Positions 40,706-48,963 of a DNA stretch of 64,000 nucleotides are shown here, one piece after another. The notes under the pieces were generated by a model, which saw nothing but the letters and a program-made list of their open reading frames with translations, had not been told where the DNA came from and ran no database searches. A program made the position numbers and the translations under genes. The stretch is from Candidatus Latescibacterota bacterium (GTDB taxonomy: Bacteria > Latescibacterota > UBA2968 > UBA8231), in contig OZ244561.1 of NCBI GenBank assembly GCA_965217585.1, positions 2,144,001-2,208,000 of the forward strand, given 5' to 3'. Within the stretch, counting starts at the first letter, position 1. Each line of letters begins with the position of its first letter.

Positions 40706-41191
40706 TCAATTACTACTCAACAGCAGGCCCACCAGAAGGGCAGGGTGCGCTACAGCCAACAGCACCGTAGCCAACCCGAATCCGAGTCGGTGACGGCCAA
40801 CCAACTCGAAACACTGAAACCAACGTGAGGGGCGTATGTCGTCTGCGCCCCGCAAAGAATGGGATAGGTCCGCCAAGACCAGGGCGAGGAGGCCGAAAGC
40901 ACCCAGCAGTATGAATATCAGGCGGACGGAACTAAGAAATGCAAACAACTGACCTAAGGTGACCGAAGAGTTCGTGCCTGTGAACGTCGTCCGTTCGTCG
41001 GTCAGTAGTTGCACCAGGAAGGGATCAGCATACTGCCCCAAGGATTTCAGACAGAAAAAGATAACAATCCAATACGGGCTCTGAATTGCAAATGATCGTC
41101 GAAGAGTCTGGGCGATCGCTATCAAAGCGACTAGGAAAGCGATTTGTAGGGACCCAGCGAAAATCCACATCGAGAGGATGATATTCTCCAT
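40706..41191 (-). CDS. Hypothetical membrane protein (cassette-like)
   Basis: About four hydrophobic segments; followed by a CCGATAAC core with the rest of the attC missing. Confidence 0.65.
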   Translation of the reverse strand: MENIILSMWIFAGSLQIAFLVALIAIAQTLRRSFAIQSPYWIVIFFCLKSLGQYADPFLVQLLTDERTTFTGTNSSVTLGQLFAFLSSVRLIFILLGAFGLLALVLADLSHSLRGADDIRPSRWFQCFELVGRHRLGFGLATVLLAVAHPALLVGLLLSSN

Positions 41192-41220
41192 CTTGGTGCC
41201 TCCTGATCACTGTCCCGATT

Positions 41221-42435
41221 TCACGCTTGCTGTGGCCCGCGCTCGATCTCCATCTCGTCGACAAGGGCCTGATTCTGTGGCGTCCGCTGGGCGGCTGGCC
41301 CGTAGTGATCGATTACACTTGTGCCAGCAGTGTCGCTGACGCGCACAATCGCGTCCGAGCGGTCGCGGAGTCCGGCCTTGAGACGAGTGCCGATACCCGG
41401 TCTATCGGGTGCGTGGAGGAATCCATCGTGAATGTCCACGTTAGGGTCCACTACCTCGTTGTACCAACCCTTATACATCGACGGCACGTGCTCCATGATC
41501 ATGCCATTGGGGGCGTTCATGAGGATCTGTGCACACGCAAATATGTTTACGGGGCCGGTGGCGTCGTGGGGTGCAATTGGAACCTGATGCGCGGATGATA
41601 GGATGGCGAGCTTGTGAGTTTCAGAGATGCCGCCGGTCCAAATCAGGTCTGGCATAACGATACGAGCGGAACCGTTCTCGATGAAGTGACGGAGTTGCCA
41701 GCGCGTGAGCAGCCGCTCGGATATACAGACTGGCGTCTTCGTGGCGGCCTGCAGCCGGGCCAGGGCATCCGGGTTGAGCAGCGGCATCAGATCTTCCTGC
41801 CACATGATCTCGTACGGCTCCATAGCCTGCGCGATGCGGATGGCAACGGGTAGCGTCCACTTGCCGTGACCGTCGTTGGCGATCTGCATATCCATGCCTA
41901 CTGCGTCTCGAATATCTCGGATGGGTTTCAGCGCCATATCGAGTTCTTTCGGCGTTAGCGACTGACCATCCGTGGCCTGGGCAAGCACAATCGTGGGACC
42001 ACCCTTCATCGCGGTAAACCCCTGATCGAGATAATACTTGGCCTTCTCTCCCGCGCCCTCGTAGGGCAAGTCATTCACGTAAGCGGGGATCTTCTTCCGC
42101 ACGGCGCCGCCCAGTAGTTCGTATATCGGGAGGGCCACGGCCTGCCCCTTGATATCCCAGAGCGCCATGTCTATGGCGGAGATTGCGCGCATCTCAGCAC
42201 CGCCGTACCCGGCATGATCCGATAACCGGAACATGGCCTCCCAGTGGCGCTCGATGGCCCCTGGCTCGCGTCCGATAAGCAGGGGACCGAACCAATCGTG
42301 GACGGCTGCATCCACCACCTGCGGCGCGTAAAAGGTCTCACCCAGTCCTATGATCCCCGTGTCAGTGTGAATCTGTACCCATATGATCTGCGGCTGCGAC
42401 TCGATTCGGATGGTCTCGATCTGCTTGATAATCAT
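41221..42435 (-). CDS. Mandelate racemase/muconate lactonizing enzyme family
   Basis: SAIDMALWDIKG, DGHG, ED, SER. Confidence 0.9.
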   Translation of the reverse strand: MIIKQIETIRIESQPQIIWVQIHTDTGIIGLGETFYAPQVVDAAVHDWFGPLLIGREPGAIERHWEAMFRLSDHAGYGGAEMRAISAIDMALWDIKGQAVALPIYELLGGAVRKKIPAYVNDLPYEGAGEKAKYYLDQGFTAMKGGPTIVLAQATDGQSLTPKELDMALKPIRDIRDAVGMDMQIANDGHGKWTLPVAIRIAQAMEPYEIMWQEDLMPLLNPDALARLQAATKTPVCISERLLTRWQLRHFIENGSARIVMPDLIWTGGISETHKLAILSSAHQVPIAPHDATGPVNIFACAQILMNAPNGMIMEHVPSMYKGWYNEVVDPNVDIHDGFLHAPDRPGIGTRLKAGLRDRSDAIVRVSDTAGTSVIDHYGPAAQRTPQNQALVDEMEIERGPQQA

Positions 42436-42580
42436 CTCGGTATCATTTCTCCCGTGATGGGCTGATTGCGGGTCTGCAAGCCCACCTTATTCACATGGAT
42501 TAAGGCAGTGATGAGCTGCGCAGGCTCACCGTCAGTTGCGTCCCACGATGGCATGATTTACTCCTTGAACCGAATTATTC

Positions 42581-42952
42581 TTAAACCTCCACATTGACAT
42601 AGAAATTGATGATGTTCCTATCCGGATCGCGAAACCAAACGGACCGACGCCCCCACGGTTGGGTCGTAGGCGGTTTAACAATCTCAACATTCATGGCCTG
42701 CAAACGCTCAAATTCCTGGTCAACGTCTTCTACCTCAAACTCGATAGTATAGCTGCCATATCCAGCTCCCTTCAGGCATCCCTGAGCCATCTCCTCCATG
42801 TGTGCTGAGGAGAAGATTGACAAGACTGCACCCTCCGTTGGAATGATCTTAAATACATCCCCTTCTTCTGGTTCGAGTCTTAGTATCTCTCGGTAGAAAG
42901 CGCACAATCTGGGCACGTTCTGCGTTACTATACAAATGCCATTGAACCGCAT
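42581..42952 (-). CDS. VOC/glyoxalase family protein
   Basis: FYREIL, FEVEDVD, PWG...FRDPD. Confidence 0.88.
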   Translation of the reverse strand: MRFNGICIVTQNVPRLCAFYREILRLEPEEGDVFKIIPTEGAVLSIFSSAHMEEMAQGCLKGAGYGSYTIEFEVEDVDQEFERLQAMNVEIVKPPTTQPWGRRSVWFRDPDRNIINFYVNVEV

Positions 42953-43070
42953 GAGGAACCTCCAGAAGTCTCAGTGAATTTTTTTGGTCGGTGCAGGACG
43001 CACTGCCTCCTTCGGATGGATTAAAACCAAATTTGTCCCTGACCGATCTACGGCACTTTAGCCTGAAGAT

Positions 43071-43553
43071 TCAGCTATTTCTTTCATAAGACTTTTCTCC
43101 CTTCGATATCTCCATGATTTTCAGTCGGATAGGTTCTGCCATGGTTGATAGGTCCGAGTCGGCAAGAGCCTGTTTCCCAGTTAGTGAAGGAAAAACGTAC
43201 TTAATGCGATCCATAACGGACTTACATGGAAATACGTGTACATGCAAATGAAATATTTCTTGTCCCGCACTTTCGCCATTTGCTATCCAGAGTCGGATAC
43301 CAGAACAAGGTATAATTTCCTTAGATGCTCTCGCAATTAGATGAGCAACTTGCATCAAGGGAGCACATAGATTATTGGGCAAACTCCATATATTTTCGTA
43401 GTGCTCTCGGGGAATTACGAGGGCATGGCCACCTACAGAAGATTGCCTAAATCGATCTAAAAAGCAGATTACTTGATCGTCTTCGTAGAGAATTTCTTCC
43501 GGTTTTTTCTTGGCGACAATCTGACAGAAGATGCAATTAGGATCTGAATTCAC
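43071..43553 (-). CDS. HIT family hydrolase (cassette)
   Basis: CIFC, GHALVIP, HLHVH. Confidence 0.9.
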   Translation of the reverse strand: MNSDPNCIFCQIVAKKKPEEILYEDDQVICFLDRFRQSSVGGHALVIPREHYENIWSLPNNLCAPLMQVAHLIARASKEIIPCSGIRLWIANGESAGQEIFHLHVHVFPCKSVMDRIKYVFPSLTGKQALADSDLSTMAEPIRLKIMEISKGEKSYERNS

Positions 43554-43593
43554 CGTAAACGCCCTCTAACTTGAAACAGTTTTATTCCATTGT

Positions 43594-43791
43594 CGATAAC
43601 TGCTTGTACTCGAACAATTGGTTCAGGGAATCGCCCTTATCTGACCCGAAGGTATGTATCCGTGTAAACAGTCGCAACCTATACCGCGAGGCTGGAGTAT
43701 TCTACGTAACTCCTTGCAATAACTTGAGATAGCACGATTATTCTGAGATCTGATGCGGCTAGCGCCGCAGCGCAACACCGATGTGTTATGT
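43594..43791 (-). repeat. Long hybrid cassette-junction element, copy 2 (complete, 198 bp)
   Basis: Minus strand ACATAAC + attC left arm + conserved block + CGAGTAC-AAGCA-GTTATCG. Confidence 0.85.
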
Positions 43792-43837
43792 GCCGTGAAA
43801 AAATGCGATGGCCTATAAGACTGATCCTCAGGCGAAA

Positions 43838-44116
43838 TCAGATCAACTCGATGCGGAGCTTTTTGCCCAGAGCCCGCGCTACGCGGTCCATTGTCTGTAG
43901 AGTTACGGAGGGATTAGACGCGTCAAGCAGACGGTCCAGCGCGGATCGACTAGTTTGCATGCGCTTGGCCATCGCCGATTTGGACAGCTTGTTTTCCTCC
44001 ATGAACTGACTCAACTGATAGGCAATAACGCGTTTCACGGCCGTTGCCTCTGCTTCACTGAGCAGGCCCTCATCTGCGAGGAACTCATCAAAACTGCTGC
44101 CGACATGTCTTTTCAT
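43838..44116 (-). CDS. XRE/HTH antitoxin
   Basis: MKRHVGSSFDEFL...MAKRMQTSRSALDRLLD..VTL. Confidence 0.85.
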   Translation of the reverse strand: MKRHVGSSFDEFLADEGLLSEAEATAVKRVIAYQLSQFMEENKLSKSAMAKRMQTSRSALDRLLDASNPSVTLQTMDRVARALGKKLRIELI

Positions 44117-44224
44117 CGTGCCTCCCTGAGCATCGTTAGTCTGGATCGTGCCAACGTGAGATCGCTGGCGGCGGGTCTTCTCACTTTTCTTGGATCGAAA
44201 CAGATCGCAGAAAGCGGTGGTCAT
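44113..44224 (-). pseudogene. RelE/ParE (Gp49-like) toxin, internally deleted
   Basis: Only about 11 N-terminal codons plus the KKSEKT..DLTLARSRL C-terminal piece remain. Confidence 0.6.
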
Positions 44225-44227
44225 GGC

Positions 44228-44315
44228 ACCTAACGTCTGCCGGTTTACGAAGCCGCGTAGCGGGTAGCCAAAGGCCAAGGCGCAATAGCGCCGCAGTGTG
44301 GATTGAATGTTATCG
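44228..44315 (-). repeat. attC site (near complete)
   Basis: Minus strand CGATAAC...GCGCCTTGGCC...CGTAAACCGGCAGACGTTAGGT. Confidence 0.8.
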
Positions 44316-44327
44316 GTTGCTAAGAAA

Positions 44328-44597
44328 TCACACGGCCTCAAGTGGCGATAAGTCCTCCTCTTTCATAGGAGAAAGATCAAGGCTGCGTAAAACCTCGTTG
44401 ATCTGAGCCGCCGTCATCTGCTCTGGTGCCGTGATTTCTAAACCAATGGGTTGACCTTCAGGGCCAAAATCCACTAATAAACCTGCATCTCTTGACTCTG
44501 TTCGTACACTTTTCACACCCGAAGCGGCCGATAAGTACAGATATGCGGCTAAGGGCTTCCCTTTACGGTAGGTAATTTCCAAATAGTGTTCTCGCAT
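44328..44597 (-). CDS. DUF2283-domain protein (putative antitoxin)
   Basis: AAYLYL...LLVDF..G.PIGLEI. Confidence 0.75.
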   Translation of the reverse strand: MREHYLEITYRKGKPLAAYLYLSAASGVKSVRTESRDAGLLVDFGPEGQPIGLEITAPEQMTAAQINEVLRSLDLSPMKEEDLSPLEAV

Positions 44598-44621
44598 AGT
44601 TTGCCCCAAAATGCCGGTTGT

Positions 44622-45371
44622 TCACGATGTCTCTTTGCGCGCAAGAGCAATCAGCCGCTTTGAGCTAGTCCCATACGCACTGCCTTCCAAGTCCCCATAT
44701 AGTTGAGTATTGCTAAACCCAGCTTGCAAGAGACGGTCTTTCAGTTCTTGGCCAGAGTACAACGTGTGGTGAAACTTGAACGATTTTACCTGCTCATCCC
44801 GGATCAGGAGCCACTCGTTGCGAATCCTCGTCCAATCATCGAAGATCTCGCGGCGTTGAACGAGCAATGTCCCGTCGGGATGCACCTCCGAGGAGGTCGC
44901 AGCGAACACCTTGGCCAACCACTCTTTACTCACCAGATCCATTACGAGGGCTCCCCCAGGTCTGAGGCTCTCGTAAATATTGCTGAGCACTCGCAGATCC
45001 TCGTCCTTGTCATCGAAATAGCCGAAGGACGTAAACATGTTGAGCACCAAGTCGTACGATGCGGATCGCACAAAACGACGCATGTCATCCTGCACAAACT
45101 CAACGTCTAATTTCCGCTCGTTTGCTCGCGCCGTAGCTTTTTGCAGTAGGAACGCGGTAGAATCAACGCCCGTTACGGAAAATCCTCGCTCGGCCAAGAC
45201 CGTGGAATGTCGACCGGGGCCGCAACACAGATCGAGGATATGTGTCCCGCTGAACTCCACCAGCGAAAGAATCTTGTCGACTTGATCTTCCGCAGATTGA
45301 AATCGCTCTTCCGGGAACAGATAGGGATACATTTCCGTCCAGAAGTCTTCGTTTTCAAACCATTCGGACAT
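44622..45371 (-). CDS. Class I SAM-dependent methyltransferase
   Basis: ILDLCCGPGRH, FTSFGYF. Confidence 0.9.
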   Translation of the reverse strand: MSEWFENEDFWTEMYPYLFPEERFQSAEDQVDKILSLVEFSGTHILDLCCGPGRHSTVLAERGFSVTGVDSTAFLLQKATARANERKLDVEFVQDDMRRFVRSASYDLVLNMFTSFGYFDDKDEDLRVLSNIYESLRPGGALVMDLVSKEWLAKVFAATSSEVHPDGTLLVQRREIFDDWTRIRNEWLLIRDEQVKSFKFHHTLYSGQELKDRLLQAGFSNTQLYGDLEGSAYGTSSKRLIALARKETS

Positions 45372-45400
45372 AGGACTCCAGTTTCTTGATTTTCATTGGT

Positions 45401-45581
45401 GGATAACTGCTTGTACCCGAACAATTGGTTCGAGTAATCGCCCTTATCTGACCCGAAAATACGTATCCGTGTAAACAGTCGCAACCAATACTGCGAGGGT
45501 GGAGTATTCTATGTAACTTATTGTAATAAATTGAGATAGAACGATTATTCTGAATCGGGCACGGCTAGCACCGCAGCGCAA
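45401..45581 (-). repeat. Long hybrid cassette-junction element, copy 3
   Basis: Aligns with 43594-43775; left core lost. Confidence 0.85.
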
Positions 45582-45584
45582 ATC

Positions 45585-45765
45585 TCACCGCGTTCGCAGT
45601 CGGACACGGCCTGATTCTACGATTGCGAGTTTGCCCTCAAGCCTCGACAATATCTCTTCCCGTCGGAGGAACGATGAAAGAAGCTGTAGTATTATGGAAG
45701 TGACCGAAAGCGGCGATCACACCGGCTACAGTGCGAGGAAGATCCGCGTCGATGATGAATTGCAA
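45585..45765 (-). pseudogene. DUF5615 PIN-like toxin, internally deleted and frameshifted
   Basis: MQFIIDADLP N-terminus joined to ...GKLAIVESGRVRLR C-terminus; catalytic middle absent. Confidence 0.7.
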
Positions 45766-45771
45766 ACCGAC

Positions 45772-45996
45772 TTAGGACGCAGGTAGAGGATGCGCTTCTT
45801 CTGCTTCTACGAGTTCCTCCGCGTACTCAAGAGCGGCCCGTATATCCGCGTCGATAATGCCATATTCCTCACAGACTTCTTCCGGGGTTGCCCCTCCTGC
45901 GAGGCTCCCAATAATTCGGTGTACTGGCACTCGGGTTCCCCGAATCACCGGCTTGCCATGACGGATCGAGGGATCAATTATAATTCGTCCATTCAT
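45772..45996 (-). CDS. DUF433 antitoxin
   Basis: RIIIDP..HGKPVIRGTRVPV...DIRAAL.YA. Confidence 0.9.
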   Translation of the reverse strand: MNGRIIIDPSIRHGKPVIRGTRVPVHRIIGSLAGGATPEEVCEEYGIIDADIRAALEYAEELVEAEEAHPLPAS

Positions 45997-46144
45997 CCTA
46001 TGACCTCCATGCCTTTACGAATATAAGCAACACAGATCCCGTTTTCATCCGGTGGTGTGACATCCAGCTCCAAGACGGCGCGAATTGGCCCCCAAGGAAG
46101 AAGCTTCTCCTCAAAGAGTTCAGGGAACAACGACTTGTCTATGT

Positions 46145-46747
46145 TCACAGTTTTGTCCGGTCTGTAAGCCCGTTTATTCCTCGCCCTGCCAATAGTCGGA
46201 TTCGCTGCACAATGTCATCTATGCTGGGTGAGTATTGCCCCTCTGTTGAGACATGAACTGTGGGCACGTTGAAATCCGGAGCTGTATAGTCGTCAGGAGG
46301 CGACATCTCACCTGTTTTCCTGTAGATTTCAACGCGCTTATCGCCGTGGTAGAACTCCCGATTTGGATCATCCAGACCCCGCTGGAGATGGCGCTTAGCC
46401 GCCACCATCCCATCAACGGAGCATACGACAATGAAAGGAGTGCACAATTCAAGGATCTTGGGCATCCTTGGTTCCCAAACCCTGTGCTGAAAGGCCGCCT
46501 CAATAACGATAGAGATCTTACCGGCTAGATACTGATTCACTATCTCGAAGAAAAAATTGGAGACTACGCCATTGGTGTCCGGCGGAAGCTGATCGTGCTT
46601 GACGCCATGGGTATTGACATAGCCTTCCTTGATCTCGTCGCGACTGATAACCGGCATCCACAATCGCTCAGCGAGCCTCTTGGATAAACTCGTCTTCCCT
46701 GATCCCGGCCGGCCTGTGACGATAATGCATTTGGGTTTACTGCTCAT
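46145..46747 (-). CDS. P-loop kinase (AAA_33-like)
   Basis: GRPGSGKT, ISRDEIKE. Confidence 0.85.
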   Translation of the reverse strand: MSSKPKCIIVTGRPGSGKTSLSKRLAERLWMPVISRDEIKEGYVNTHGVKHDQLPPDTNGVVSNFFFEIVNQYLAGKISIVIEAAFQHRVWEPRMPKILELCTPFIVVCSVDGMVAAKRHLQRGLDDPNREFYHGDKRVEIYRKTGEMSPPDDYTAPDFNVPTVHVSTEGQYSPSIDDIVQRIRLLAGRGINGLTDRTKL

Positions 46748-46842
46748 GTTTCTGGCTCTTTCACAGGAGAAAGATCAGGGCTGCGTAAAACCTCGTTGAT
46801 CTGAGCCGCCGTCATAATTAGCTCCTCAGCGCTGCGTTGACC

Positions 46843-47634
46843 TCAACAGTTTCCGTCCTCCAGATCAGAGGAGGGCTGCACTCGATACCAATACCGGTAC
46901 GACTCGCTGAAACCATATTTGCGTTGCAGAGCCAGAGCTGGCTCGTTGTTCGCCATCACCTGCAGGTATGCCAGACGCGCCCCTTGCTCAAATCCCCAGT
47001 TGAGGCGGGCCTCAAGGAGCCCACGGCCGAAGCCCTGACCCCGATGCTCGGGATCCACCATCAAATCAAAGAGCCCCATGATTGAGCCCGAAACAACGGC
47101 GCGGGCGCAGCCTACGGATTGGCCATCAGTCCGGGCGACAACATAGGCCGAAGGAGTGGGGATCGCGTTGAGCAAACTGCGAAATACCTCAGCGTGCTGA
47201 CTGCGACCGGACAGACGTATCCAAGTTTCGAGCCACTCATCTGTTGCATCTTCGTATAGCGATATGGCAGGGGAACTAGCGGAACGGGCCTCAAGCCGCT
47301 TGGTTTGAACCAGTGTGTCGGCGTCTCTAGCGTACTGAAGCTGCGCCAAGGTCTCGTCCAAATTCCCAGGTTGACAGGCAGGAAAAATCTTGAAAAGACA
47401 AGGTAGCGATGCTCGCGCGTACGCAGTTTCACAATGAACCAGCTTCTGCTGGAGGGGGATTGTGGATCCATACAGCGGGGCTACACATCTGGCACGGCGA
47501 CTGTATCCCTCAGACATTCGAACAATCCAGCCGTCGTAGAACTCTGTTTGCAGCGCGGGTAGCCCGTTCAGCGCCGCCTCTTCCAGCCTTGCTACAAGCT
47601 CTGGACTGTTCGTTGGATCAAGTGCTATCGTCAT
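46843..47634 (-). CDS. GNAT acetyltransferase (two-domain)
   Basis: HRGQGFG, YLQV..NEPAL.L..KYGF. Confidence 0.9.
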   Translation of the reverse strand: MTIALDPTNSPELVARLEEAALNGLPALQTEFYDGWIVRMSEGYSRRARCVAPLYGSTIPLQQKLVHCETAYARASLPCLFKIFPACQPGNLDETLAQLQYARDADTLVQTKRLEARSASSPAISLYEDATDEWLETWIRLSGRSQHAEVFRSLLNAIPTPSAYVVARTDGQSVGCARAVVSGSIMGLFDLMVDPEHRGQGFGRGLLEARLNWGFEQGARLAYLQVMANNEPALALQRKYGFSESYRYWYRVQPSSDLEDGNC

Positions 47635-47662
47635 AGGTTTAGGTATGCCTAGATTCGTTCAT

Positions 47663-48106
47663 TCATCCTGACTCAACTTGACCAATTTTCGCTATGATCG
47701 AGCGCAAATCCGGATCTGAAAACTGATCTGACTTCAATACTTTGCCGTCCTCCCTGAATATCGGCTTACCCTGTTCATCTAGCTTGCTCATGTTGCTGCG
47801 GTGTACTTCATCAAAGAGTTCTTCGGCAATGTCCTGCAGACCATGCGTGATAAACGTACCCAGCAATACGTAAAGCATGTCGGTAAGGGCGTCTGCGATC
47901 TCGACGATGTCGTGGTTATTCACGGCCGCTCGATACTCCTCTAGCTCCTCCAAAAACATCTGGATACGCCCTTGGCTTATCTCCGCCGGCACCTTTGCCG
48001 TAGGCGTGCGCTCCATGTATGCCTGGAACACCTCGTGAAAACATCGCACGCTATCTAGCTGATCTTTCACCTGGCATCTCCTGACTGCTCTGCCGAATAC
48101 CTTCAC
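47663..48106 (-). CDS. MazG-like all-alpha NTP pyrophosphohydrolase
   Basis: EELEEY, EIADALTD, EVHRSNMSK, REDGKVLK. Confidence 0.88.
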   Translation of the reverse strand: MKVFGRAVRRCQVKDQLDSVRCFHEVFQAYMERTPTAKVPAEISQGRIQMFLEELEEYRAAVNNHDIVEIADALTDMLYVLLGTFITHGLQDIAEELFDEVHRSNMSKLDEQGKPIFREDGKVLKSDQFSDPDLRSIIAKIGQVESG

Positions 48107-48127
48107 AGGTAGTTTATGAGTCTACGA

Positions 48128-48238
48128 ACCTAATTGCTGGTGTATGATGGTTGTGGCTTTACGAATCTGGAGCGAAGCGGAGGGTTGCCCGCAGGGCCAA
48201 GTGGCGAATCGCCGCGTAGCGAAAAGCCGATGTTAGGC
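48128..48238 (-). repeat. attC site
   Basis: Minus strand GCCTAACATCGGCTTTTCGCTACGCGGCG...CTTCGCT...CGTAAAGCC...ATTAGGT. Confidence 0.7.
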
Positions 48239-48285
48239 GATCTTCGGATTGGTACAGTTAACGGGATGTTAGCCGCAGTGCAAAG

Positions 48286-48963
48286 TCAGAATTCTGTTGT
48301 TAATTGGCAGTCACTACACCATGATATAAATGATGATTGAACTTCTCTATAAAACTTATCGAATGAGGGGCTATAGTCTCGCATGGTTTCGGGGTTTATG
48401 CTACTTACCATTAGCCTAGCATGAAGTTGATTTTTTACAGATTTTGTTCCAATAATTCTATCTTTTAACCATTGGTCTGGATTTCGTAATTCATCTGTAT
48501 TATCTGGCTGGTCTACATCAGATTGTACATACCCCGCTGTCTTTAAACCGGCTACATCAGCTACAAACCATGATTCAAATTTAGGGACCTGAATTACTAC
48601 AGATATTCTTTCAGGTAAAGATTGAAGCCTTGTATCATCTTGGGCACTTCTAAACCAATCATCAATTTTGCCCTTTAAGTCTAAAAGTAGATCTGCACAA
48701 GTGCTATAAAAACCTGCATCAATTACATCTTTTAAATCTACAGTGACTATAATGTGATACGGTTTCTTAAGCCTAACTAGTGGTGTTAGCTGATCCTGAA
48801 TGTTACGAATGATTCCTCCATAGCCACCTGCATTAACAATAGGAATATCAAAGTTAGAGGCATTTACTATTCGGCTGACTATGGATGGATAACACCTGTA
48901 TTCACCGGCACCTTCGACTACAAATCCAAGAGGAGGTCTTGATATCAAGTTGACCTCAGACAT
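48286..48963 (-). CDS. DUF4276-family (TOPRIM-like) protein
   Basis: VVEGAGE, ESWFVAD, SPSFDKF; AT-rich; overlaps the ATPase stop. Confidence 0.7.
   Translation of the reverse strand: MSEVNLISRPPLGFVVEGAGEYRCYPSIVSRIVNASNFDIPIVNAGGYGGIIRNIQDQLTPLVRLKKPYHIIVTVDLKDVIDAGFYSTCADLLLDLKGKIDDWFRSAQDDTRLQSLPERISVVIQVPKFESWFVADVAGLKTAGYVQSDVDQPDNTDELRNPDQWLKDRIIGTKSVKNQLHARLMVSSINPETMRDYSPSFDKFYREVQSSFISWCSDCQLTTEF

Noticed and set aside
44117-44341. Extended N-terminus of the HTH antitoxin
   Set aside because: Reads through an attC and the toxin remnant; the GGAGG RBS supports a start at 44116.
14222-47730. Near-identical short repeats as DGR template/variable regions
   Set aside because: No reverse transcriptase in the window, too few mismatches to show adenine-specific mutagenesis, and no C-type lectin-like targets; cassette remnants explain them better.
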